Assembly: GCA_951406725.2 (NCBI GenBank)
Contig: OX597820.1
Location: 48,546,001 to 48,610,000, forward strand
Source of the DNA: Octopus vulgaris
Lineage: Eukaryota
Direction: 5' to 3'
Length of the DNA: 64,000 nucleotides
Of the stretch, positions 25,573-37,027 are shown piece by piece. The first letter of the stretch is position 1; each line of letters starts with the position of its first letter. The notes under the pieces were generated by a model. It was given only the letters and a program-made list of their open reading frames with translations. It was not told the DNA's origin and ran no database searches. The position numbers and the translations under genes are program-made.

Positions 25573-26420
25573 CTATTTGATAAAGCCACCATCGATCCCG
25601 ACTAATGCCTCGATGAAGTTTCAATGAAAACAAAATACCTTGATCAGGTAATCTTTATCTATTTTGGCCACAACGACCCCAGTGGGATACATCAACGACT
25701 TTTAGGTCTCAAAAGCATAGTAGTCCAAAGGGTTTAAATCAGGAAGGCTAGGAGTCTGAATGTTTGGTGTAACCCATGGAGGGAGCAAAGCCTTGTTGGA
25801 ACACTTGCACCCATCCTCGAGAAACTCTCTCTCGATTCTGGCTGTTGCATTGACCTTAAGGCTTTGCGGAAAAATTTGGGAGGCATGAATTGACCTTCAT
25901 TGCACACACCCTAAAGACCATTACAGATAGTGGGAACTTGGTGTGCATAGCAATAGAGATTATTATAGTTCTGGCGCAGAACCCGTCATTTAGTTATTCT
26001 CATTTAGAAAGCACCAGTATATGTCGGGCTCCTCGAGGTCCTTGAGTTCGTTCAGCAAGCAATTCGACTGGGCCTCATGCTTCCTCTTCCCATAACAGTA
26101 TTCGAACGCATGTCTTTGTGCACTAGAGGTTTATTCACCAACTCTGACAGGTGGGGCAGGGGAGATTGGCAATGGCCCTCATTGACTTGCAGTAATGATG
26201 AAGCTCCGAACTTACTGGACATACTCAACTTTTTTAATGATGCCTGACCCTCGAGTAGTTATTATTGTTTTTGTTGACACTAGACACTTCCTCAACGTAG
26301 GGTATAAGCGATTTTCTGATTTTAATCGCAGACAACTTGCGAGATGCCAGAACATTGAAATTTCAGAATCTCTGTGATCGGCAGATAAAGGAACGAGAAA
26401 TGCAAGACTTTTTATCATAT
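25573..26420 (-). pseudogene. Decayed Tc1/mariner transposase (DD37D/maT-like)
   Basis: Minus-strand pieces HRDSEIS, LLNELK..PDIYWCF, HTKFPLSVMVF, FQQGFAPSH, PDLNPLDYYAF and IEALVGIDGGFIK*, in order. Confidence 0.7.
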
Positions 26421-26950
26421 CCTGAAAGTTATTCCGTAATTATGCTGAAAAATATACCGTGTTTGTACTGAAAAAAGAGACGATATTTAATTTTAAAGTC
26501 TGAGCCACTTATAGTTCTTAAAAGTTTATTTCCCAAATAGCTGACACATCGTGTACACATACACACACATATTCATACATACATTTAGTCACTTGTTTCT
26601 ATCATAATTATTAAATAGTTTCTGGCGGTTGAGAATTGCATTTTATACTGCCGGAGATAAAATGTGCACAAGCGAGGCACTGCGACTGATGTAATTGACA
26701 CTGGCATAATCAAACTGCTGGCCTTCTCGTCATGTTAGCAAACAATATTATTCTGTAATGATATGAGAAGCGTACAACTGGATGGAATTTAATATTGTTT
26801 TATATTATTTTTCGTTCGTCAAGATTGTTGACAATATGGCTTCCCTTGCTGACAGGGGCCCCACCTTTCTTATCTGCTGAATAAGACTGTAATAATGAGT
26901 TTACATGCGGAATCAATCTCGTTGTGTGTATATTTAAAATCTAAAGACTA

Positions 26951-27017
26951 CCTACTGATGAAGACTTGCCTCAGTAAATCTTTTTTTACTGAAATAAGTC
27001 AGAAATCATGGTCTAGG
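26951..27017 (+). ncRNA. Type I hammerhead-like motif with intact core
   Basis: CCTA-CTGATGA-A-[GACTT..TCAGTAAA/TTTACTGA..AAGTC]-A-GAAA-TCATG-GTC-TAGG: helix I 4 bp, long helix II, near-palindromic helix III, GUC triplet. Confidence 0.7.
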
Positions 27018-27246
27018 AACTAAATTAGATGGTAAATATTTTAAATTTTCTTTCCCTTTGAGGATTTATCCCTAATCAGTGGTTTGAGTTGTTTACTGCT
27101 CTTTCTAGAGCAAGTCTTTCCTATGATGGAAATGTGTTCTAATGTACACGATATTTTATACGAATAATATATAGTCTATTGACTAATTTTTTGGCGCTAG
27201 GCCACTGGGAATTAAAATTTCTATAATTCTTATTACCCTAATATTA

Positions 27247-27327
<81 letters not shown>

Positions 27328-27329
<2 letters not shown>

Positions 27330-27626
27330 CACTGTGACCACCAGGCTATTAGATGTTACTACACATCGATGGTCACAATGCGCTTCCCATTGTTTTAGCC
27401 TACAAATGATGCCAACCCGCTGGCTAAGCGAGCAGGCCAACAGAAGAAAGAATGAGAGAAAGTTGTGGCGAAAGAGTACAGCAGAGATTACTACCACACC
27501 CTGCCGGAGATCGTGGAGTTTTAGGTGTTTTCGCTCCATAAACACTCACAACGCCCGGTCTGGGAATTGAAACCGCGATCCGACGACCACGATCCGCTGC
27601 CCTAATTGCTGGGCCATTGCGCCTCC
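27328..27626 (-). mobile_element. SINE family D (tRNA-derived)
   Basis: Head GGAGGCGCAATGGCCCAG..GGTTTCAATTCCC; body shared with 31490-31680; inserted between (TA)n tracts. Confidence 0.8.
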
Positions 27627-27634
27627 ACATATAC

Positions 27635-27685
<51 letters not shown>

Positions 27686-27689
27686 CGCT

Positions 27690-27954
27690 ATAGGAATACA
27701 AAATGGCAGATCATTAATAAGGAGAGACACACAGAAAAAAAAGAAAGAAGAAAGCAACGAACCACTGATGAGGTTGCAGAAACGTGTCGGAAGAACTCTG
27801 ACCGAAATACAATTAATATAAAATGTAGCTGAAGAAAATGGACACCAAATATATTTTGCGTCTGTTTTTATTGGCTAAACTGGCAACATGACAATCTCCA
27901 AATAAAGCAATATCTGTTTCAACACACGAATTCACATCAAGAATCTTGCAAAAC

Positions 27955-27956
<2 letters not shown>
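27690..27956 (+). repeat. Dispersed repeat, copy 2 of 12557-12838, with degenerate hammerhead at 27761-27803
   Basis: Colinear similarity; CCA-CTGATGA-G..GGAA-GAACTC-TGA; ends at (TA)n. Confidence 0.75.
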
Positions 27957-28003
<47 letters not shown>

Positions 28004-28006
<3 letters not shown>

Positions 28007-28286
28007 CATACATATGGGCGGGATAACCACTCTGTGGACATCCATTATGCTAGAAGTAGACCCCATATTGTTTACCACTAAGAAAAGATTGTTCTCAAGA
28101 AAATTCACCAAACGCAAGAACGTAAGCGAGCAAGACAAATTTCATTTGTCTTGGTCGCTTAAGTTCTGGTGTTTGAAGAATTCTTCTTGAGAACAATCTT
28201 TTCTTAGTGGTCAGACAATATGAGGTCTATCTCGAGCATAATTGATGTCGTTCCACTTAGTGGTCATCCGTCCCATGTGTATGTAA
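28004..28286. repeat. Long imperfect palindrome (~140-bp arms, 3-nt loop)
   Basis: Arms 28004-28140 and 28144-28286, e.g. ACCACTAAGAAAAGATTGTTCTCAAGAA versus its reverse complement. Confidence 0.92.
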
Positions 28287-28707
28287 AATAATTTTTCTGG
28301 ATATTCCAGATTTTTCATTATGCAAGGCCATTGGTTTTAAATTGATATTAATCAAATTTATATTCAATTTTCACCCTTATTATTTAAATTTATATTTATT
28401 TATATATATGTGTGTGTGTGTGTGTGTGTGAGAGAGAGTATGTGCGTATGTGTGTATAAATATCCATTCACATACACATACATACATATATTAGATACAT
28501 ATACCTCTATAGATATACACATCTGGAGTGTAAAGTTACATTTCTAAATGCATGTTATTCGGATCTTTTTTAGTATATCAGGTTATAACTCATGGGACTA
28601 ATCTGAGTTCTGGGTGCTGGATATGCATCAGTTAGGTGTATTTTAGATTGTTTTACTTTCTAGCAAATAAAAGGCTAATAAGAAATACATCTCGTAGTAT
28701 TAATTCA

Positions 28708-28768
<61 letters not shown>

Positions 28769-28963
28769 TTTGAGGGAATATTATTCCTAACTTATGTATC
28801 ATTATTCTATCAAATATATACGTTTCTATTATTATTTTGCAATTTATTTAATCATCTGTATATTATTGTTATTCTAATTCTAATATTTCTATTATACGTA
28901 ATTTTCTAGATGGTGTAATTTAATTGTTCCTTTTAAATTGATAGAAGGTGTTTTTTTCTAATT

Positions 28964-29005
<42 letters not shown>

Positions 29006-30089
29006 CGTGTGTGTTTGTTTGTATGTATGTATATGTATACACATAAAGTTAAATGCTCTGTAGTTGTTTGGTTATTATTAACTTTCTTTATCTATATTTA
29101 CCTCACGTGGATATTAGTTGTAGCTTCAATTTATTTCGAGTTAGTTGGTAAACACTTCCAATATAAAACCGCCTCAATGATTTCAGATGCACCTAGTGAC
29201 GTTGTAATATGTATACTTTCATCGTATATATTTATATGTGTGTGTGTGTGTGTGTGTGTGTAAGTGTTTATGTATATATTATTGTGTATAGGATGATTCG
29301 GAGAAAAATTTACTCAATTTATAGTGTAGAGTTTATTTCATCATTAAAAAGTGATCATTCGCCTAGACACTATTACAAATTGCAGACACACAGACACACA
29401 GACATGCACACACACACAGAGTGTGAGAATGTGTGTGCATATGTGTTTTGTATTATCTATATCTACAGTGTTTCCTTGTCTATTATTTATCTTCTCTATC
29501 ACTGGAGGCCAAATGTGCATTTAGCAGAAAAATGGCGTAAAAAAATGGAATATGCTTTTTTTTTTTTCCTGCTTATCTTCTATCTGCTAGCAGTTTATTA
29601 TTTCTCTCTTTTACTATTTTTTTATGTCATTTGTGTCTTTATTAGAGACGAGATTTCTGCTAAAATAACAACAAACACAAGTACAACTACATCATCAACA
29701 GAGCACTAATAATCACCACCGTCATCCACCTCAATATCAATAGAAATAACCGAACACCACTAACAGAATAATAAATAGATACCAGTCAGAACATTAAAAA
29801 TTGGATGGCAATAACAAAGAGATAAATCAAGAGACGAAACAAGTATAAAAACAAATACGATTAATGAGTTGTACATCAGTAATAAGAGAAACAATGAAAG
29901 CCAAGATAAAAATTCCTACTTGTTACTTATTCTTTAGTCGGTTTAAAGAAAATTCCCAAGCGACATGAAATAACACAAAACGTTGACGCACGTGTGCGTG
30001 AGCGTATATATGTGTATGTGTGCATCAGTGTGTGTATATGTGTGTATATGTATGGATGTATATGTATATCTATATCTATATATATATAG

Positions 30090-30205
<116 letters not shown>

Positions 30206-30710
30206 CATATATATAAACATAAACATGCAATTATAAATATATACATATGTGTGTCGGTATATATATGTGTGTGTGTATATGTATATGTGTGTGTGTGTTT
30301 ATATGCATATAAATACATATGAATGAATATAAGTGCGTATATATTTGAGTGTATAAATACCTATATGTATAAATGTGTATTTCTAAATAGACATGTTAGT
30401 GGATATATGCATGTACTTTCACACACATACACACACACACACACACATACATACTCATATATACGTATATATACGTATATATATATATATATATATATAC
30501 ACATTGACTTATACATAAGTGCATATATCGTAGGCGCACTTATGTAAGGCGTTTTTTCTTTGTTTCTTTACATTTATCCTCTAATGAAGTGAAAATAGGA
30601 TTCTGACACGATTAAAGCTGAAACATGCGAGCCTGTAGGGAAGAGTTAGACACTGTGTTGTAGTTGTATGATGGTGTTGGTCCCTAGCATTTTGATAATT
30701 ACAATGATGG

Positions 30711-30711
<1 letters not shown>

Positions 30712-30789
<78 letters not shown>

Positions 30790-30790
30790 G
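30712..30790. repeat. (GAT)n microsatellite
   Basis: Direct reading. Confidence 0.95.
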
Positions 30791-31307
30791 ATGAAGTGGA
30801 GATTGGTCTGAGAGGAAGAATTATTTTGATGGTTGTGATGGTAACGAAGGTGGAAATGTGATAATGCTTGTAATGCTGGCGGTGAATTCATTATTATTTT
30901 TATTATTATCATCATCATCATCATCATCATCATCATTATTATTATATTTATTATTATTGTTATTTTTGCTGTTGTTATTATTACCATTTTTAGCTTCTTA
31001 GTGTTGTGGTTGTGTTGATGGTAGAAGAGGTGAGGATGTCAATGGCAACGACGACCATGATGAGGATGGTAAATGTGGTTGTAATGATGATACTGATGAT
31101 GATGATGATGATGATGATGATGGTGGGAGTAGTAGTGGTGTGTATGATGATAGTAATGATGACAGAAACAAAGGTAATGGCTGTGTTGATGATGAAGGTG
31201 GTGATAATGATGATAAGAATGATCGTGTTGTTAGTGATAATGCCGTATGTGATGGTGAGGGTGATCCTGGTATCGGATTTGGTGGTGATAGATTCTACTT
31301 GGTATTG

Positions 31308-31798
31308 TGGAGGCGCGTGGCTTAGTGGTTAGGGTGTCAGGATCAGGATCGTAAGATTGTGGTTTCGATTCCTGACCCGGACGACGCGTTGTGTTGTTGA
31401 GCAAAACACTTCATTTCACGTTGCTCCAGTCCACTCAGCTGGCAAAAATGATATCACATACGCCATAGAAACCGGGAAACCGTGCAAATGGAGGCACACG
31501 GCCTAGTGGTTAGAGCAGCGGACTCGCGGTCGAGGGATCGCTGGTTCAAATCTCAGACCGGGCGATGTGTGTGTTTATGAGCGAAACACCTAAGCTCCAC
31601 GCGACTCCGGCAGAAGGTAATGGCGAATTTCTGCTGACTCTTTTGCCACAACTTTTTCTCGCCCTTTCCTCCTGCATCTTGCAGCTCAACTGCGACGGAC
31701 CGGCGTCCCGTCCAGGTGTGGAACCTATACGCCATGGAAACCGGGAAACCGGCCCTTATGAGCCAAGCCTGACTTGAGAAGGAACGAACAAAAAACAA
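31308..31798 (+). mobile_element. Composite SINE: family B-like monomer plus family D-like monomer
   Basis: Two tRNA-like heads (31309 and 31490); one 13-bp TSD CTACTTGGTATTG at 31295-31307 and 31799-31811. Confidence 0.85.
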
Positions 31799-32088
31799 CT
31801 ACTTGGTATTGATAATACTGAGTATGTGTGTTGGTCATGACAGTGATGTGCCTACTAAGAATCTATTTTCGCTGGTATATTTATTCATGCTAAGCCATAA
31901 GACAACAAAGTATTAAAGAACCACGCAGTGTACAGCGGCGACTCACTAGATTGAGTTACATCGTTATTATGGTCCTGTAGGGACACCGCATTTTCTTATG
32001 CGACCATAATATACTACAAAATGTATAGAACACTTTATAAGTCAATGCTGTATTCTACTGTGTTAGCAGTGCTATTACATAACTTGTC

Positions 32089-32256
32089 AAGGTTATCTCT
32101 ACAGATGTTCTATAGAAATTATAGCCAGCTCTGATTTTGTTGCGACGTTTCGTATTTCACACGTCTAATGTTTACATGAGGTGTCTCAGATACGAAACGT
32201 CGTACCACAGTCGGAGCTAAATATAATTTCTAAAGAAAATCTGTAGAAATAACCTT
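32089..32256. repeat. Imperfect inverted repeat (~70-bp arms)
   Basis: AAGGTTATCTCTACAGAT..CGACGTTTCGTAT versus ATACGAAACGTCG..ATCTGTAGAAATAACCTT. Confidence 0.85.
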
Positions 32257-33689
32257 AAAAAGCGAATTACGTCAGAATTCTACATAACTCTAGTATTCTT
32301 AATCATAGTGATGCATACTGGCTCTGGTAAATGAACCTGTCCAGACTCCAAGTGTAAGTCCAATAGAAGAAAATGAAATTCATGGTGTGCAAATTAAATT
32401 TGATAGCCTCCTTAAAAGGAAAAGAAAATACAATAGCTCGTACAAATATTCAAGTATTCAAAAAAATCAGAAAAAATTAATTAGATTACGTTTAGAAAAT
32501 AACATTTTGCTCAGCGTATCCTCTTCCAGCATCCACCACGGCCTAAGGCTCGACCATGGTGTAGCAGTAAGAGCACTTGGTGCCTATCTCAACTCTACCT
32601 CACACATAGTAATCTATGAGACTAGAAATGGAAGAGTTAGTAAATTGGGGTTGGTAAATTCGGAAAAATTCTCTGACATCTGCTTCTGACTCTTTCAGGA
32701 AGTATACCATCAAGCGCGGCCTTCCAGCAGCAACCCTTTCTAGTAAGGGTTGATAACAATCTCCAGTAACATCACATAGCCGCCTAAGACTCTGTTCAAA
32801 ATGTGGGGTGCCATGATATCACCATCATACCCAAGACCATCACAGTTTACAGGACTTTCGTTTTCATGATGTGTATGTCACATCTTACAGCCTTTGCAGA
32901 CATGGCGCAGCAGCCATGATGTCGGCATTTATTACCTTGTGCGATTCATCATCATAAAGGTAACACGTTTCCAATAAACATATAGCCTCTCACATCTATG
33001 TCAGTTAACTTATTCTCAAATACTACTTCAATCTTTATGCTCGCCAATGCCGTTGACTTTTTCCCAATACATCAGGCTTTTCCTTAAAAAAAAAAAAGAG
33101 ACAAAATATCGTTAAATTTACCCCGACACCATGTACTTCTCAAACAACTTCAGGGATTCCTCCACCAGCAATACCACAACCACCACGACCGCCATCAACA
33201 TCATTACCCCCACCGTCACCACCACTACTAACACCGCCATCACCACCAATACCACTATCACCTTCACCATCGACACGATCATGTTTGCCCTCATCATCGC
33301 CAATATCACCATCAACTTCAACGCTATCATTGTTGATAACTGTTAAAGCTAACGCACCAAACACTGCCAAAACAAGGAAATAACAACATTAAAGCTTAAA
33401 CGAACTATAAGGATTTTCCAAGATTGAAATAATTTTATCTCGTGGCTTATGAACGTTCTAAAAATTAATACATATTTTGACGAAAAATTCATTGTCTTTA
33501 CAATAAACAAACTACTTACCCTTGAACTAGAAATTACCAAGTGTTTCTTCATGAGTTAGAAAACGATATAAACATTATGATAACCCAAGGCAAACTAAAA
33601 TATTGTTAATTAATTGTTAATATTGTTAATCAAAGCATTACAGGGTTTAACTAAACATCATATAGCATCTATGTGTGGGTGTTGAGGTG

Positions 33690-33751
<62 letters not shown>

Positions 33752-33983
33752 TATATACATACACACACAAACATATATATATACATACATATAGAGAAGA
33801 GAGATAAATACACACACATATATGTATTTATAAATAAATATATAAATAATATATGTATACATATATATATACACATGCAGATATGGATACAGGACGTCGT
33901 GGAACGTAAACAACATGAAATACGAAATAAGAAAACATATATATATATACACACGCAAACATACATATAAATCTATCTACATG

Positions 33984-34014
<31 letters not shown>

Positions 34015-34539
34015 ATATATATAATAATAATAATATAAATAATATATATATGCATATATACATACGTATAGGTACATAATTATATCTATGCGTATATGTA
34101 CATGCATATGTGGGTACATGAAGTCACGAAACATGTACATCAAAAATACAAATTTCGAGTACATGGAATATGAACTATTTTTTCGAACAACGAAAAACAC
34201 AAATTGTAAACAAGACAAATAACATAAAGACCGACCCTTCATCTGTTGTTGGCTGGTTTTCTATTCTCGTATTTCGAAAATTTCCCAACAATATGCGCTT
34301 TCGATAAAACAAAGCAAATTAAAAAAAAAATTGTGATTTTGTTGGGGGGTCAAAATTGGTAACAAAAAACAGGACAGTAAAAGCAAACAGGAAGGGCTGC
34401 TAAGCCTCAACGAGGTTGTGGTGGCGAACACGTAAATCAAGCTTTGGCAGGAGTCAGACAAAAACACGTCTTCCTTGATCAAGCTAAAATGTGGAGAAAG
34501 AAAGGAACACAAGTTAGGAGAAGAAAGATGGCCGATGCT

Positions 34540-34556
34540 CACGTGGGAGCCACGTG
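34540..34556. promoter_or_regulatory. Tandem E-box pair with 5-bp spacer (ChoRE-type)
   Basis: CACGTG-GGAGC-CACGTG inside an 11-bp inverted repeat (34536-34560). Function is inferred. Confidence 0.45.
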
Positions 34557-34759
34557 AGCAAGGGAGGAATAGTGAGGGAGAGAGGGTGACAGACAGAGAA
34601 CTGAGAAGAGGAGAGGAAAAAATTGGAGATAGGATAAGTGAGAAAAACAGGAGGGAGAGAAGTGGAGGTAGAAGAATAAGAGAAAGGAAGAGAGAAAAAC
34701 GAAAGAGTAATAGGACAGAATAGTGGGAGAAGAGGAGGTAAAACAATAAGAGAGAGGAA

Positions 34760-35137
34760 GAGAGAAAAATGAAACAAACTCTGCTGGATCATAGATAAAG
34801 CATGCCCAGCCGACAAGAAGATATGCGATAAGGAAGAAACAAAAGTCGAGAGATGTGACAGGTTAGCTTGGTAAGTTAAGCCGTTGTAGTCCATGAAAAA
34901 GGTAGCAGTTGTACCAATAATTGCGGAGCCCTAGGAACAATGAGCAAAAATCTCGAGAAGTACGTGGAACAAATAGGGGCAGCAATAAGGGTGGAGCACT
35001 TGCAGAAAACAGCACCGCTTGGAACCGCTCGAATACCCCGGAAGGTTCTCGAGAAATAAGAGGTGTTATCTTAATTCACTGGTAGTGAACATCTGACACT
35101 GTAATACATCTCCAGCATTAGAAGCTGTGCAAGGGCA
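34760..35137 (+). pseudogene. R4/Dong-type 3' fragment (endonuclease C-terminus and 3' UTR)
   Basis: CWIID.ACPAD, KKVAVVPII.GALG and LQKTA.LGTARI.RKVLEK*, followed by (AAT)n. Confidence 0.8.
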
Positions 35138-35155
35138 ATGATAATAATAATAATG

Positions 35156-35214
<59 letters not shown>

Positions 35215-35413
35215 TATAATAATAATAATAACAATAACAATAATAATAACAATAACAATAACAATAATTCCTCAGAGCAATCAATTAAATACGGAGAAAG
35301 CATTCGTAATATCGATATTTACTGACAAAAACTTTAGAATGATGCTGATGCTCATGATGATGATGATGATGATGATGACTATAACGTAAAATAATAATAA
35401 TGATAGTAATATA

Positions 35414-35496
<83 letters not shown>

Positions 35497-35516
35497 CAAT
35501 GATGCTGATGATGATG

Positions 35517-35576
<60 letters not shown>

Positions 35577-35634
35577 GTAATGGTGGTGATAATGATGATA
35601 GTGATGGTAATGGTGATGATAATAACAATAATAA
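35138..35634. repeat. (AAT)n/(GAT)n arrays enclosing a ~145-bp segment (35268-35415) also found at 49478-49622
   Basis: Direct reading and alignment by eye. Confidence 0.9.
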
Positions 35635-35743
35635 GCCGACTACGGCTGCTATAATGGTACGATTATAATTGTAACGGCAATGATGGCCGTCTCCCCACGA
35701 GCCAATCAAAGCTAAAAAATGATAACATTATCGTAGCACCAAA

Positions 35744-37027
35744 ATGTTTTTGGAAACTAAAAGGAAAACTAAATCAGTATACCAAATCGCTTGTCCTATG
35801 GTTAATCTGGAAGCGCGTTCCCCAGGGAAGAGCCAGCCTGGGATCGAAAAGTCATCAACTGGCACAAACTCTTCTCCGAATACGGACATGGATGGTCACT
35901 TGAACGGGAAATCCCCCAACTCGAGCCCTCCAAGTTCACCACCACAACCACCACAGAAAGAAAAATGTAAGCGGAACAAATGGACCCGAGAAGAGTATAA
36001 AGAAGTAATATACGCTTATTACTATGCATTAGGTAGGCCATCTCAAAAGAGACACACCGCAAACTCTTACAGTATATGGAGAACACGGAATCAAGACAGT
36101 AGGCCCTATTTGGACGAGAACAAATTAGCAAATGTGAGGAGGGATATCTTTAGAAATAACAGACTCGCAGACAGTGAAATAAGCGCGATCAAGCACGCAA
36201 CGGAAAATGACATAAATATAAGACACAAAAGAAATGAAGAATCAGATGAACAGTATAGCCCGCCACGAGGCTTAATTGAAAGACTGCCATCTGACCAAAG
36301 TACGCAAAGGCCTGAAGATACAAGAAATTCTATTGTACCTGTTAAAGATAGCCAGGAAAACGAAAAAACAACAGTAACTGAAGATCTCGCATTTGCTGAA
36401 GAACACAGAGAGTCTATAGCAGAAATGAGGCAGAAAATCCTGAATACGCTTGAAGTTGTAAGACATACAAGTATGAATGATAGAGAACCGCTTCATAAAC
36501 TCTCAAATACAAACCAAAATAAAAAACAAATCCAAATTGGCAACTATGTAACAAATGAAATAATACGAGAATTAAAACCTGATTTTACTGAGTTAAATGA
36601 AATTATTTACGCTTCTGCTAGGGCAATTGAAACCAGCTGTATGCCCCCGAAAAAACAAAGAAAGCAAAACCTGGGAAGAAATCAAACCTGGAGAAGTAAA
36701 ATTGAAAAAGAGATTGAATTTATGAGAGGGGAAATATCAATATTAAATGAACTAATATGTGGAAATGATGTAAGATCCAGAACAGGAAGAAAGATGAAGA
36801 GAAAATTTGGATCCTCACCAAGAGAAGAACTGATATCAATAAAAGAAACGCTGAAACAAAAAGTCCAAGCAAAAGCCCAAAGAATACGAAGATTTGAGAA
36901 GAGAAACAAGTTTTACAAGCAAAATAAGCTGTTCACATCCAATGCCAAAAAATTCTACAGAGAAATAGGGAAGGAGAAAGTAACCGTTAAAGACCCCCAC
37001 CCATGGAAGAAGTTCAAAACTTTTTGA
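35744..37027 (+). CDS. N-terminal part of the R4/Dong ORF (upstream of frameshift)
   Basis: KWTREEY..YY, ENKLANVRRDI, WRSKIEKEI and ETLKQKVQAKAQRIRRF..QNKLF..KKFY; homologous motifs occur in the relic at 39730-41415. Confidence 0.8.
   Translation: MFLETKRKTKSVYQIACPMVNLEARSPGKSQPGIEKSSTGTNSSPNTDMDGHLNGKSPNSSPPSSPPQPPQKEKCKRNKWTREEYKEVIYAYYYALGRPSQKRHTANSYSIWRTRNQDSRPYLDENKLANVRRDIFRNNRLADSEISAIKHATENDINIRHKRNEESDEQYSPPRGLIERLPSDQSTQRPEDTRNSIVPVKDSQENEKTTVTEDLAFAEEHRESIAEMRQKILNTLEVVRHTSMNDREPLHKLSNTNQNKKQIQIGNYVTNEIIRELKPDFTELNEIIYASARAIETSCMPPKKQRKQNLGRNQTWRSKIEKEIEFMRGEISILNELICGNDVRSRTGRKMKRKFGSSPREELISIKETLKQKVQAKAQRIRRFEKRNKFYKQNKLFTSNAKKFYREIGKEKVTVKDPHPWKKFKTF

Noticed and set aside
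26212-26418. Possible host exon on the minus strand after a CTTTCAG acceptor
   Set aside because: Better explained as the N-terminal part of the decayed Tc1/mariner transposase.
32480-32950. Possible RTE-like relic on the plus strand
   Set aside because: Only a faint RL..W..I..K..VYR resemblance; not supportable by eye.
35635-35743. HDV-like ribozyme at the 5' end of the Dong element
   Set aside because: A small CGT/ACG stem exists, but I could not build P1, P1.1 and P2 by eye; a structured search would be needed.
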